Source: Tubulanus polymorphus
Lineage: Eukaryota > Animalia > Nemertea
Assembly (NCBI RefSeq): GCF_964204645.1
Contig: NC_134034.1
Span: forward strand, 9,374,962 to 9,438,961
Direction: 5' to 3'
Length of the DNA stretch: 64,000 bases
In this document: one piece after another, positions 48,801 through 62,065 of the stretch
Position numbering within the stretch: the first letter of the stretch is position 1
How the letters are laid out: the number at the start of each line of letters is the position of its first letter
Notes under the pieces: generated by a model
What the model saw: the letters and a program-made list of their open reading frames with translations, nothing else
Database searches by the model: none
Told to the model about the DNA's origin: nothing
Translations under genes and position numbers: made by a program

Positions 48801-51427
48801 AACCAAAAAAAGCCTAAGGACCCTGAAATATTGAGCCGCTTCTTCGTGCGGTCTGTCAACTACCATGGTCAGATTAACATAAATACTGCATGTATGCATA
48901 AGAAATTTGAAAAATTGATGAAAGGAGCCTGTAAATTACGTGTGGAACTTGTAATGCTATAACGCGGAGCGTTATCTCAGGGGTTTCTTAGTTGAATAAA
49001 ATCGAATAAAAGAGACTGTTGTCTCTTTTATTCGATTAAAACTAACTTTAGAGGAAATCAACAATCTTGATTTTAAGGCGACTTGCTAATTTGTAAACTA
49101 TGAAACATTTCATACCTTTTAGGGTGATTTTGCTAAAATCTTACTTTCACGCAAACAACCCCAAAAGACTGCAAAACATCTCCGCCAGTCTGGCAAACGT
49201 AATATTAAGGATTCATTCAAGTATGATAAAATAACTATAGGCCATATTTGGGGATCTTAAGTTTATGGATCTTAGGTTTAGCATGTTATGTCAATATATA
49301 GCCTCTTGTCTATAGTGTCATCTGATTCTCCATGAAACCTTTTTTCCAGTGGCAGGTTTAGGGGGTGGTCTTGGGGCCCAGATTCCTGCCTTCCCACTGA
49401 TGTTATAGCCACTACATAAAAAAAACTCATACTAACTAAATGTATTATTTCATCAAAATTTGATTATAGCTCCTCGCAAAGCAAAAGGGTAGATAGATAG
49501 GCATCTGGTTTGGGCCAAAATGACAGAGTCGATTGAAGCTTAACCGTCCAAAAGTGAAATAGTCTATATAGAGAGAGATAGATAGTAGAAAATCTCTTTT
49601 TTCTTTCATTTGACCATTTAAGCGAAAAAAAAAGAGCGGCCGCGGCCGGGACCGGGGCCGGGACCGTGTTTCAGACGTGTGGCCGCGGCCGCGGCCGGGG
49701 CCGAGTTTCAGACCCTGCCATGATATAGGCCCAATCAGCAGCGACTCGGGTTTAAGCCGAATCCACGCACCGTTGATCACCTCAGAAACTTTCAATCTTT
49801 ATAATTCTCAAATATCTACAGTAGTCCCAACGAGTTCCCTTGATTCGAAATTAAGTTGAATCCCAACACGCTACCGAGTTCCCTGATTCTTAACTCGGTG
49901 AAGTATTTAGAGCACTCCAACGCTACAGTGTTACGATTTAGCTATTTTGGCTTAATAGTAATGCTGTTTGTAAAGTATTTTTATGTAATTTTTGGGCAGA
50001 ACATCTGCGGTTTTTATAACATTGAGCGCGCGTAGATCGACATTCAAGACCCTTCCACTGGCATCTTTAGGCTTCATTGTTCCAATTATTAGTTAGTATC
50101 CAGTAGGCTTATTATTATATAAACATTGGTTAAACCATGGTCTTGAGTGGCGATCTCGCTACTTGTAGAGTATTTTAGTTATATTATTGTATAGAATGTT
50201 GGGGAGTTTATTTAGTAATTAACCAATGGAAAGGGATTGAGACTTGGGATGAGATTCTGAGGATAAAAAGGGTTAGTTCAGTAGATTCGGGAGAACTAGA
50301 GAACGGGAACGAGAGAACGAGAACTAGAGAACGGGAACTAGAGAACTAGACGGGAGTGAGAGCTAAGTCAAGTCCAGAGAAAAGCTAGTCAGGAGTACCG
50401 AGATATCAGATCGGGAACCTACGGGAGAATAGCCGAGGGATTGGATCTGGATCAGACGGGTTGACTATAGGATTTACGCTGGATTGTAACTACACATTAT
50501 AGAAGACATTATATATCGGATGATGGAATAAACATACACTCATATTATACAAGATAAAGGCAAACTACTGAGTTAAGTATACTTTTATATCCCGGATTCT
50601 AGAGCTAGGCACGATAGTCTAAATCAGAGTTATCGTAGCGAAATTGACGACCACACTCATATCGTTTCAACTGAGTTCTCTGATTCTCAAATCAGTGAAA
50701 TATTTACAGCAGTCCCAACGCTACCGAGATCTCTGATTCTTAACGGTGAAATATTTACAGCAGTCTCAACGATACCCAAGTTCCTTGATTCTAAATAATA
50801 GGAGAATCTAGAAAGTTTCCTGTTTCTTAAGTCGGTACAATAATCAGCCCAACGCTAGCAAGAGTTCCCCGATTCTCAACTCGGAGAGATATTTACAGTG
50901 CGATCGTGATCAGGTTGCCTGATCCTCAACTCGGTTTATCTGTATATGTCTGATCAAACAAAATCTCAACGTGATTGGTTTATGAATGTTTCTCTATTTA
51001 CTCACGTATTCTTGTTCCCAGGACGATTTCGGAAGCAGTGACCAACCACTGCAAAGCGGCCAGGACTCTTCACAATCAGCAACAAGAACTAAATCGAAAA
51101 AATAACGGTATCTTTCTAATCTAGATTGATTAAGGTTTTATGCAATTTCTTCAGCAAAATATTTAAATGTTACGAACGAGTCTTTTTTCTGAATACTGAA
51201 GGCCAAAATTTTTGTCTTAAACGATAGCCGCATTCTAAATGGACTTTGATTGCAATCTTACTTCTCAAGAAAATCAATCCTGAACATGACGCACCACATT
51301 GACGTCATATTCCTGACATATATAATCATATGATCTACTCACTCGTTTTTCCTGTCGCAATATCGCAGTTATACAAAACAGCAACCGCAACGAATATCAA
51401 AGTGTTACTGATGTTAATAAAAGCCAT
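45868..51427 (-). CDS. MAM-like/TM/PPxY membrane protein (copy B); exons 51343..51427, 51006..51088, 47923..48228, 47082..47172, 46645..46692 (acceptor mutated), 45868..46322
   Basis: Paralog of copy A with open frames, a 44-aa tail duplication, and the exon-5 acceptor changed AG to AT at 46693. Confidence 0.75.
48290..49719. mobile_element. 1.43-kb non-autonomous DNA transposon, present only in copy B
   Basis: TSD ATGATATA(GG), single copy at the empty site ~38883-38912 region of copy A; ~210-bp GC-rich TIRs; right end ...gtttcagaccctgcc; the left TIR lacks ~30 nt. Confidence 0.88.
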
Positions 51428-52339
51428 CAGAGAGAGTATTTAAACTACGCGCAACAAAATATATAACAGTCAAATAAATAGCGTTTTCCTCGTGTAGATT
51501 TCCTATACGTATATACGTGCAATGTTGAATTAATACTGAAAAACAAACAGGATTTTCCACATGCTTAAATACGTGACGGGTCACAGCATATGACAATGAA
51601 TTGGCCCGATGACGTATTTTGTACTATAAATAGCTCTCAACTCATTTTGTCCTCGACGCTATACGCGATCTTGTATAAGCCATAGTTACAAGACGCGTTC
51701 ACACGACGAAATTTAGACCGGACCTGCAAATTTAGACCGGTCTAAATTTCGTCGTGAATTTGAACCGGACCACGTACGGACCCATTTAGACCGATCTAAC
51801 TAGTTGTCGTTTGAACGCGGCTATAATCTCAATAGCGTAATGTGATTTCCGGTTCAGCTATATCTGCCTATTCATTCTCGTTTCGGTTTTTACATTTTCT
51901 AGACACATTTTATTGACCTTGCTGCAAGAAAGATGGGTTTACTGTCTTGTAGTTATTTACTATAGGCGCGTTACACGACGAAATTTAGACCGGTCTAAAT
52001 TTGGTCCGGTCCAATTTAGACCGGACCAAGCGTTCACACGGGCAAAAATGCAAAAATACCGTTCCAAATTAGACCGGTCTAGTTTAAACCGGTCTGATTT
52101 GGCACGGTCTAAAAAAGCGAACCAGGTCCGGACAAAATTTTGGACCGGTCTAAATATGTGTGTGTGGACATAAACTGGTACCAGGTCCGGTCTAAATCGT
52201 AATTCTGAATCTCTGCGGTATAGATGTCGCGACCTCTGCGGCAGAGTGTGAGTCCAGTTTATTAAGTTCTTAATGCTTTTATTACCGTTTATGTAATTAT
52301 TCTTAAGAACTGTTTTTCCTCCCTATACTATGGAAATGT

Positions 52340-52706
52340 TTGGAGCGTAATTCGTATTCGTATATCGTGATCATCATCCGTTTTACTGCCGTGCTTTGAA
52401 CCGTGTTTAAACGACACTTAAGAGCGTTCACACGGCGTTTTGACACGCGGTGATAAAGTCACCGGGCCCACAAGATGTCGCCATCTGCTAAATGCGCCTG
52501 GATGAAGTCTTGCTTCCAGATTCGAAGTATAGCAAGACATTGTTCATTTGACCAATTCGATCCTGTGTCAGGTTTATACATTTTTGCGGATGCGAATTCG
52601 ATTTTATTCTATCACGCTGGAACTCTAAGTGTCGTTTAAACACGGTTCAAAGCACGGCAGTAAAACGGATGATGATCGCGATATACGAATACGAATAAGG
52701 CTCCAA
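52340..52706. mobile_element. Foldback/inverted-repeat element, complete here and truncated at the duplication junction in copy A
   Basis: ttggagcgtaattcgtattcgtatatcg...aaacgacactta versus taagtgtcgttt...tacgaatacgaataaggctccaa. Confidence 0.75.
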
Positions 52707-52987
52707 TAAAACAAACATGCAATTGTTGTAATTTGTTTCTCTTCGCGGTTCTCGTGTGTTTTCCACAACGTAATCACTCAAGGTGGCGTGAAAACGCTTT
52801 GAATCGCTCCTAATTTTCAAAATCTTCTCGGGGGGACTCCCAACGGGTGTGTATAATACATGTAATGCCTTCTAACTACAAGGTGTATTCATGCTTGCGA
52901 ACCATCATTTTTACTGATTCAAAAGAATGTGAAAAAACATATTGTTAAACTTGATAAAGGGTTAAGAAAATGGTGTCTCTTTTCTCT

Positions 52988-53162
52988 GGTGGTGGTGGTG
53001 GTGGTGGTGGTGTTGATGGTGATGGTGGTGGTGGTGGTGGCGGTGGCGGAGGCGGAGGCGGTGGTGGTGGTGGTGGTGGTGGAGATACACTTGAGAAGGA
53101 ATGGTGATGCTGGGGAAGGTGTTGGTGGTGAAAGTGTTAGCGGGTGATGCTGGTGGTGGTGG
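52988..53162. repeat. (GGT)n/(GGC)n microsatellite region
   Basis: Direct reading. Confidence 0.95.
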
Positions 53163-55292
53163 AGAGGCCAGGGATAATGATAATGTAACCCAGTCATCCA
53201 GTCACCTAGTCATTTAGTCCGAAACCAGAGTGTTTATAAGGCGGGGATAAACTTGGTGATTCTAATGTTTACAACCCACAATTGAAATTCAATCCTCTTT
53301 ATCGTATGCAAGCACCATTCATAAACACATTCTTTTGAAATTCCAATCTCGTCTTCCCTCTCTACCATATATCTACGGGCTGCCTAAAATTCAGAAAGAA
53401 CATGTTCCCCTGCGCTTTCGTATCGAACTGTAATTTGCCTTCTTATCGACGTTTGACCAAAACGCCAGATTCTAGGCTCCAGTTTGCTAGTCAGGCAAAC
53501 TCACGGCGTTTGACCAAAACGCCAGGCCAGAGCCTCGGTTTGCTGCTCACTCAACGACGATACCCAGAACGTCAGGCCACAAATACATATCTCACAAGCC
53601 TACGCCGTTGTTCCACTACAGAGTAAAACTCACGACGTTTGACCAAAAAAAATTCCACTGAAAAATTCTTTGTACTGGCTTTGGCCGCCCCTGTTCCAAC
53701 GGCCCTGGAAACTCGTCACATACGTACGCACACTAGGCCAACGTAGAACCTGACACGAAAGCCACACTGACTTCCCCACTCGCACAGCGCCGTATGTGAC
53801 AATAATAAACGGCCCTCGACCTCAGGCTCGCCAAAATAAATTACTTGATAAATTTCGGCAGTCTATTAACGAATTAGTTTGTTCACGTTTTGTCGTTTTG
53901 GGCGCATGCCCGGCTAGTCCGTCGTCGTGACCCACCATACTTTGGCACCCGTTATGAAACCGATGATTTTTTGTATCATAAAATCTGAACCACAGGCTCG
54001 TTTCTAAAATTCTTTAGCTTATTTGATTCTACCTCATTATCACCGAGTGATTTAAATGATCCGCCGGCCCGCCATAGCGGAGAATGTATCATTTTTAGCC
54101 CTTGGACAATAAAGTGTGAATTAAATTGAATCGCGCTGCAGCTGCCATCTGGCGTGTGTTTGTAGAATTCGGGAATCCCCGCTGAATCCACCAATCGCGC
54201 GCGTCGACACATACGACGTTCAGGTTGATCGGGGTGTGTTGTTGATCCTGAACCAGGAAGTTGTCAAAAAGTGGAATAAAATCGCGTTAAAATGCTCGAA
54301 TTTCCGGCGAACACAGGTTTAAATGACAGGTTTGTCTTGTTTAACTTTTATCGGCGATCGAATCGTGAATATTGCCTGAATGTTAAACCGTTGTTAAGAT
54401 AGAATAGATCAGTTTTTGTCTTTTTTTGTTTCTTTCTGCTGTGTTGTGGGAAATGTATATTGCAGCAGCAGGTCAACTCAACTCGGGTTATCCTATTCAA
54501 TCGTGATCCCTCAGTGTATTTCACACGCTATTTACCTCCCCTATTTCGCAAACTTATTTTGGCCATTTGAATCAAGGAAATGATTCCTGTTTCTGTTTGA
54601 CCGGAGCAAAAATATGTGAACCTTCCTTTTTACGGCGCTATCAGATAGATAGGCCTAGCCCGGTAGGCCTAAAATAAGAATTTCGGTCAACTGGTACCCG
54701 TCCCATGCTAACTTGTACCCAGGTCAACTCCTTCCCATCCAACTCAACTCGTACTACATTGCGTATTCACCCAGTTCGCGGAGCTCCGTATAGGCCTACT
54801 GCATGTACTAAGTCTAAGAGCGATTGTGAACCAACCGCATTGATCTGGGCAACATTCAGCATTGAAACCATTCAGTACTCGGTAATTACTCATCTGATTT
54901 CAATAAATTAACTCCCTACCCTGACCTTATGATTTTATTGCGCGTGTGATTTTCTTTAAATCGGTGCGGGAAGAAAAATGAATGAATCGTAACGGTCTAA
55001 ACCGATAGATTTTTTGTAGCCTAGTCACATGGAAAACTCTGGTTTTGTTAATCGGCAATGTTGGCCTCCTCGTTGAATGAAAATTTTCATTTGATTGTCG
55101 TGAATACGTGCGCCATCTAGCGAGTGGTACTGGCACCGATTCGTGTTCATCGACTTCGTCAAAGCTAGAAATTTAATTTTGTCTTTTTCTTTTTTTCAGC
55201 GATTGAAACAATGTCGTTTGAATTCGTGAATTGGCAACGCAGAGAGTTGCATTGATAAGGGAACTTTTCCACGCGCTACACGCCGCGACAAA

Positions 55293-58200
55293 ATGGCCGC
55301 TGATGATTCATTACCGCGGTTACGCGCGCTGTTCGACTACACGTATAAAGACGATTACGGCGTGACGGTCGAGATTCGCGAAAATGACGAATATTTCCTG
55401 TTGAATAAGGCGAACGAAGACTGGTGGCAAGTCCAGTTGATAAAAGGCGCCACTGAAGCCGAACTGAAGAGTCGACGGCCGTTTTACGTTCCGAAAAACT
55501 ACGTGGAATATATTTCACCGGTCTACGATGATGATGAAATAAGAGATGATATAGCGGAATATCATAACGGCGATGATAAGACATTAGAGGCGAATGAGGA
55601 GGTGTTACACGAGGATGAAGCGCCCCAGTGTAAACCGCCCGAACCGCCGGCGTTGCCCCCGAAAACGCGTAAAAAACCGCAGCCGGTAACGATCCCGACT
55701 TCGGCTACGTTCGCGAATCCCTCGGAGGCGGTCGCAGCGGGTGTAGATAAAACGCGGCCAGCCTCGACTCACGGCGCGATCTCCGTCACGAAGACCTCGT
55801 CGTCCGCGCAGCTGGCGCCGCAAAAGAGCAGCTCGACGTCGACCGCAGCGGTTAAACAACCGACGAAACCGGTGGTTGTCGTCGACGCGCCGCCTGCGTC
55901 GCCATCGTCATCGTCGGGCGGCGAGGTATCACCGGTCGCCGTGGTGATGACTCCGACTCGGCCGACATATCGTCGTAGCAACAGCGATTACAACGAGGCG
56001 CCCACATACGCCAATCTCGAGGTTATACGCATCGCGGCAGCCATTAAGAATAAAGAGAAGGTGAATATTTGAATTTCAATTCGTCGTTTTTTTTTGACAT
56101 ACCAGATTAAATGGAGACCCAGTTGTACAGTCATCCTATCAGATTAAACGGGGACCCAGTTGTACAGTCATCCTATCAGATTAAACGGGGACCCAGTTGT
56201 GCAGTCATCCTATCAGATTAAACGGGGACCTAGTTGTGCAGTCATCCTATCAGATTAAACGGGGACCCAGTTGTACAGTCATCCTATCAGATTAAACGGG
56301 GACCCAGTTGTACAGTCATCCTATCAGATTAAACGGGGACCTAGTTGTACAGTCATCCTATCAGATTAAACGGGGACCCAGTTGTGCAGTTATCCTATCA
56401 GATTAAACGGGGACCCAGTTGTGCAGTTATCCTATCATTAGACGGTTGGCGTTAGATTAATTATATGGAGTTATAAGGCTTATATCGAGAGTAACCGTTT
56501 GACTGCACGACTGGGCCCAAAATTGATTTTTCTTTATAAAGTAAAAGTTCGATGTGCTTTTCATGTTTTTACTATTAAGTAACTTTCATTTACTGCTGTT
56601 CAGTGTTTATATCATTAAGTCGTTACTGTATCTTTATGATTATTTTGGTTTCGTTTTTTTTTTGTAATGAACTGATTGTGTTTCAGAGACAACTGAAAGG
56701 CCCCCCACCTATTGTAAGTTTTGTGAACTAACTCATCAATATTTTAATATACTATGTTCATTTTCCTTCACTTTCCATTAACTCCTCATTCGGGCCACCA
56801 GAAAATCTGTTCGTTACAACTGATAGTTCTATATACAGCGGAACCTAGTTACAACAAACTTCAGGGCATCAAAAAATCTGTTTGTTATAACCGATAGTTT
56901 GTAGTATCCCCGAGTTTGTAATAACAAGGTGACGCTCTATCTAAATTCGGAATACCCGATGACCCCTTTAAACCCTACCGGACACTAACCCCCTCTATAG
57001 TCCACTTACCTTCCACCTAGCGCAATCTCCCTCAGCTTTAAATCATCCCTCAAATTGAACGCAAACGTCGAAACAAAATCTTGATGTTTCATTTTTCTTG
57101 AATCTGAAATTTCAAAACACTAACGATAAACTTCATAAAAAACTAATTTCTCTATTGGCATGAATGTTCATAATTAACATCAACTCTTGTAAAAAGCCCC
57201 AACATTTCGTCTCATGTAACTGCATATTAAGCCTTGATATCATTTCGCTGTGGTTTGAGTTTAGCGTTTTTTAATGCATAAGCGGTGAAAGGTGGAATTT
57301 TCCGTTCCAGTTCCACGGTTCCACAGTGGGTTTGAATTAACAGTTGATTTAGAATGATTAGGCTTATCTGTCATCTGTCCCTCCTTTAAGATGGTTTGTT
57401 ATCCTCGATTGTGGTCGGCTGCCAGTCCTCGGAGAGGTTTTTCTACAATACCCTGAAAACCATTCGTTATCCCTCAATTCCACTACTAAGGATGAAACCC
57501 TGAAAATGGTTTACTATCAATAATTTTACAGTCCCTAAAAATGGTTTGCTTGAAACCCTGAAAATGGGTTGCCCAATCGATATCAGGGATGAAACCTATT
57601 ATGACCAAGGATAAAACCCTAGAAATTGGTTGGCTAGTCCCCGACCTGTAAAGGTTTTTTGAATATATATTTCTGATCGAATCTCTCTAATCAGATTGAT
57701 CTGATCGGCGTGGAACCGTGGAACTGGAGAATGATAATGAAGGTGGAGGTTGCTGCATGCTTGTATTAATCTCATTGATACAACACATGAACCTAGATAC
57801 TAAAATACCTAGCTACACTGGCTGTCATACAGTTAATGTCCATTACAGTTAATTAATCTATATTTCAACTGGTTTTCATCGCTCAAATGGGGTCAATATA
57901 ATTTGGGTCGTTATCGTTGGGAAATGTGTTTTACGTTTTGTAGTAGAAATTTATGACCAGTACCAATTATGCGTCATACTCGTGGGCACCAGGTATTATA
58001 TACCAGTTATGCCACTTTAGGGCGCGACTAATACTTGGTTTTTTTTTCTAATTCATATTTTTATGATTGTGTTTATATCCGTATTCCTCTATGTAGTGCT
58101 ACTGTTGTAGTTAGAGCGATATAAAGTTCACTTCACTTCTCGGATAAGAGTATAATGAATTTCATTTTTAAGTTTCTATATTCTCTTTTTATTTATGATT

Positions 58201-61200
58201 TAAAAGCAAGTAGCACATTTTCTATGGATTTTAGCAAAAATACATCGTCTATGTATTTTTGATTTTAGGTTGAATAAATTATTATTATTTTGATTATCAT
58301 TATTATTATAATTAATTGATTATTATTAAAAAAACAATCGGACTAAACTCAGTGATCAGGATCAAAGGTTACCGATTAACCCTTTGCTTCCTACGTCCTA
58401 CTGTCATTTCCGTTCAACTCGCATGAGTCTGGTGCCTGAGTCAACGAAGCGCGCGTGGTCAGATTAAATCTCACAGCGAAGTATTCGGATTTCTGTAATC
58501 AGCCGAACTCTGTTAGTGATTTACTAATGATGTACGGATTAATTAGGTTCGGGTGGATGCGTCCCGGGTTTAATCGGTAATTAATTACTCTCGCGATTAG
58601 TCGATTCTAATTATATTCACTTTGCCTTCATCGATCGTTTTTCAATAGCATGACGTACGACTTTGAATATTCGGACAGTAAACTATGTTTGAGCGTGGTC
58701 ACAGAGTTTTAGGAACTGTAGAAATTATAATCTGATAATCCTGTGTCTTAGTTATTTTATTCATTTATTACGTACTCATTAGGGGAGGGGGAGGGGTCAG
58801 TGCAATTGCCTACTGTAATGCTTAATGTACATGAAAAATTGGCCGATTTTGCGTACATGGGGGGAGGGGGTTAAAGAATTAAAATTGTACGCGTGTAAGT
58901 AATAAATGATTGATCCCATTATGATTGTTATAGTACCTACACGAGCCCCTGTGAATTCCATCTTATCTAAATGATCCGGAATTTCGAAAGGTTATCAGAT
59001 CGTCACAGGTATCTGTCGTTATGATTCAGTGCCATGTTTTATTAGTGATTGTGAGAAACAAGATAATTACGCAATATCAACGGACCAATATGTCGGTTCA
59101 AAATCAATCATAGAGCGAGATGAAAGTCGTCAATCTTCGGTCGCGGTTTGTATCAATGTGAATATTCTTCAGACCGAGTTTATCGTAGAATCAGTCGTGT
59201 TTAAACACGAGAAAGTAATGCGGTATCAACGGTTCAATTGTCAATAATAGCGCAAAGAAATGTATCAGTTTTCACGTGTCATGTATCCAATAGGAGTGGC
59301 TCCGATAATATCCAGATCAATCAGAGATTTTAAACGATATGGGTGAATTAGGTTTTGTTCGACTTGGTTTTGGCATCGGCTAAAAATGTCCATTGCGGAT
59401 ACCTGTGCTTTTTTGGGAGAATCTCCAAGAATGTGCAAATCACAGCATTGGGAGCCATCCCTTACACAAGTGGGTAGCTCCAGGTTTGTTAAACCGTATC
59501 TAAGCATTCGAAGTTGAAGATATCATTCTTGTGAACTGTTCTTTTTAGATAGAATTTATGAATTTTTGTAAAATTCCCAAAATAATCGAAATTAATTTTT
59601 TTTCGCGCGAATTTCAGTCTGAGGAAGATTTCGAATTCTACAACGCGACGATGATCCGACAATCGAAGAAAGACCCGCCGAAACCGGACACAGCGACGAC
59701 GCCGCCCGTGAGAGCGTTGCCCGACGCGTGGGGGATGTACATCGACATCATATCGGGTCGGCCGTACTATTACAACAGTCGAACGGACGAATCGTCGTGG
59801 AAACCGCCGCGACCGGCGAAACCGGTTAAACTGGCGAAACCGGTTGTGATCGCGGACGCGAAACTGGAAACGATCGCGACGAAATCGGCCTTTATATCGG
59901 ACACGGGGTCCAGCGACGGGGTAAGTCTGACCCTGACCCGAAAAGAGTCTATTGTCTGGTTTCATCTTACCTGGAAATCAGGGAGAGTCACAGAATTTTC
60001 TTTTCTTTTAAAAAAGTCGAGAAATAGTCGGGGAACTTTGTAAAAAGCTGGATCAGTTTCCATCTATCATGAACTGAGTGATTTGTGGGTTCATTTCTTT
60101 GTCGATGACGAAACATGAGAAACATGGCTGAGTTAATTTTATCTTGAACTGAATTGCTCTATTTCTATTCGCTCTGCTGTTTCCATGCATGGTTTACCAT
60201 TAACCAGATCGTAGTTGACGGTTGCCTGATTGATACACACAACACAACTGTCTGTCTGTCGTCGACTAGAGTAGTTATATCGGTATATAATTGAAAATAT
60301 TGATCCGTCCGTCTGCCCGGCCGTTGTCAGGCTGTCTGCTATCGTAACTCGGGTAGTTAATGATGGCCTTTTAAAGCTAATTCTGCTGTAGTGGCTTTAA
60401 CCCTTTACCTCTTGACTACGTAATCCTTGATAGATTGGTGAAAACTTTTTTATGTATTTACTCTCCATCCTCACTGGCCAAAGATCTAAATCTCGATGCC
60501 ACCAGGTTCAAATTCCTGCGAAGATGACCTCATAACTTAGGAACGGGGTAGAAATTCGAAAAGTTTCTCGACAAAATTTATTTACTGGCCCTAGAAACGA
60601 CATATCCGAAATGCGTTGGGAACTAACGCGTGGTAATTTCAGAGTTCGAGACCGAGAATCGTTCTTGCTTGTCTACTTCATTTATTTATTATTTTCAGTT
60701 GGCTAGCAGCACCGATTCACTGGACGATAATTCCGACGCGAAATCACGCAGCAGCGGTGACGTCTTCCTGTCGCCCGATACACCGTCTGCCGATAAAGTA
60801 CCGGTATCGATCGATACGATATCGGTATCCGACGACGACCACGTCGCGCCGAACACTCCAAACTTACCGAAAGGATATAAAATCGAAACGAACGATTGCG
60901 GCGATTCCGTTTACACGAATAGTATTACATTCGAAAAGGTCAGTTGCACCTTTAAGCGTCCCTCAGTTCTGATTTTCGATCGAACTTCATTATCGGGTCA
61001 GGCCCGGCATTCCTGACTGGTTCATCATAGTTGAACATCCTTCAAATTGTGAACCACAGTTATTCATGGTTCCCACCATACCAGGAATAATTTTGATTTT
61101 CAAAATGATACAATTTCCTTCTAATCGGGGAAATATTTGGGAAACACATTTTGTTTTGGCAAATCAATTTACTTGAAGGCAACTTCCTTCAGCTATTTTC

Positions 61201-62065
61201 AGCTATGTCAACCACCGGTCACCGTTAAAATGTTTACGTCCCTGTAGTATGACGGTATCTGTTTACTTATTACGAAATGATCTTTGTTGGTGTTTTTTTG
61301 TAGTGGTTGAGTTCCGTTGATCCGACCGGTAGAACGTATTATTACAAAGAAAATGGCGGCGAATCGGTTTGGCAATTACCAGAGGTACGTACGTACGTTT
61401 TATCAATGAAATAGTAATAATCCTTTCACTCGCTAGAGTAGCAACAGTCAATACGAGACTAGTTGAACAATGTCGCTGACCATTGTGTCGCAGTCAACTA
61501 TAGTCGACTAAACGAAACCGAATGTCAATTAGTCGGAACTATGGTCTAGAAATGGTTGAGCGGGGTCCCTGTAGTGCCAACCCATTTCCAAGATGGCCGA
61601 CACTGAAATACGTTATGACCGAATTATAGTGCCTTCGGTTATTAGTACTACGAAAACTGATGTTTGCCGTTGCTGGGCTGATGAATGATACTAAATGTAG
61701 TTGTTTTCCCCTAGTTAAAGTTGTTGATAGCGATGTTTTTAGAACGCTTGAACTGTTGCAATGTCTACTGTTCCATGATTACTGAGCGAAGTCCGATAAA
61801 CCATGAAAACAGTAAAGATCGTAAAAAAACATGTTTTTCTTCTCTCGCTTTCAAGGTTTCGCGTCACAATTCGATGGACAGCGCGATGAACGAGATGGAC
61901 TCGTCGTCGGTGTCGTCTGCACGTCGGGTAACCACGTCATTACGTAATCTAGATCGGGCCGCGCGCGCGCAATCTCTCATGGCATCATTTAAACCGAACG
62001 TGCCGCGGTCCGTGGCCAGTAAAGCATGCAGCTTACCCCGTGATTTACGAGGACCTATCGAACAC
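55293..62065 (+). CDS. ARHGAP12: Rho GTPase-activating protein, ARHGAP12/27 family (SH3-WW-WW-WW); 3'-partial; exons 55293..56060, 56687..56713, 59618..59920, 60699..60938, 61304..61384, 61856..62065
   Basis: SH3 LRALFDYTY...NEDWWQV...FYVPKNYV; PTYANL; WW LPDAWGMYIDIISGRPYYYNSRTDESSWKPP; degenerate WW LPKGY...YTNSITFEKW; WW WLSSVDPTGRTYYY...WQLP. PH and GAP domains were not found in the window, so the family call rests on the N-terminal architecture. Confidence 0.8.
56103..56437. repeat. 37-bp minisatellite
   Basis: (cagattaaacggggacccagttgtacagtcatcctat)n, about 9 copies. Confidence 0.93.

Larger units (their letters stand above)
32811..52615 (+). repeat. Tandem segmental duplication: copy A 32811..41757, copy B 41758..52615
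   Basis: Colinear, near-identical sequence; junction ...ttctatcac|ccctagacgaact at 41757/41758. Copy B is longer because of two TE insertions and a 132-bp exonic duplication. Confidence 0.95.

Noticed and set aside
32811-52615. Duplication as a pure haplotig assembly artefact
   Set aside because: Not favoured because the junction is gap-free and non-homologous, but it cannot be excluded without reads.
52919-53197. Poly-Thr / poly-Val ORFs
   Set aside because: Translation of a (GGT)n microsatellite.
45868-62065. Functional pairing of the PPxY receptor with the neighbouring WW-domain RhoGAP
   Set aside because: Adjacency alone is weak evidence in animal genomes, and WW specificity cannot be determined here.
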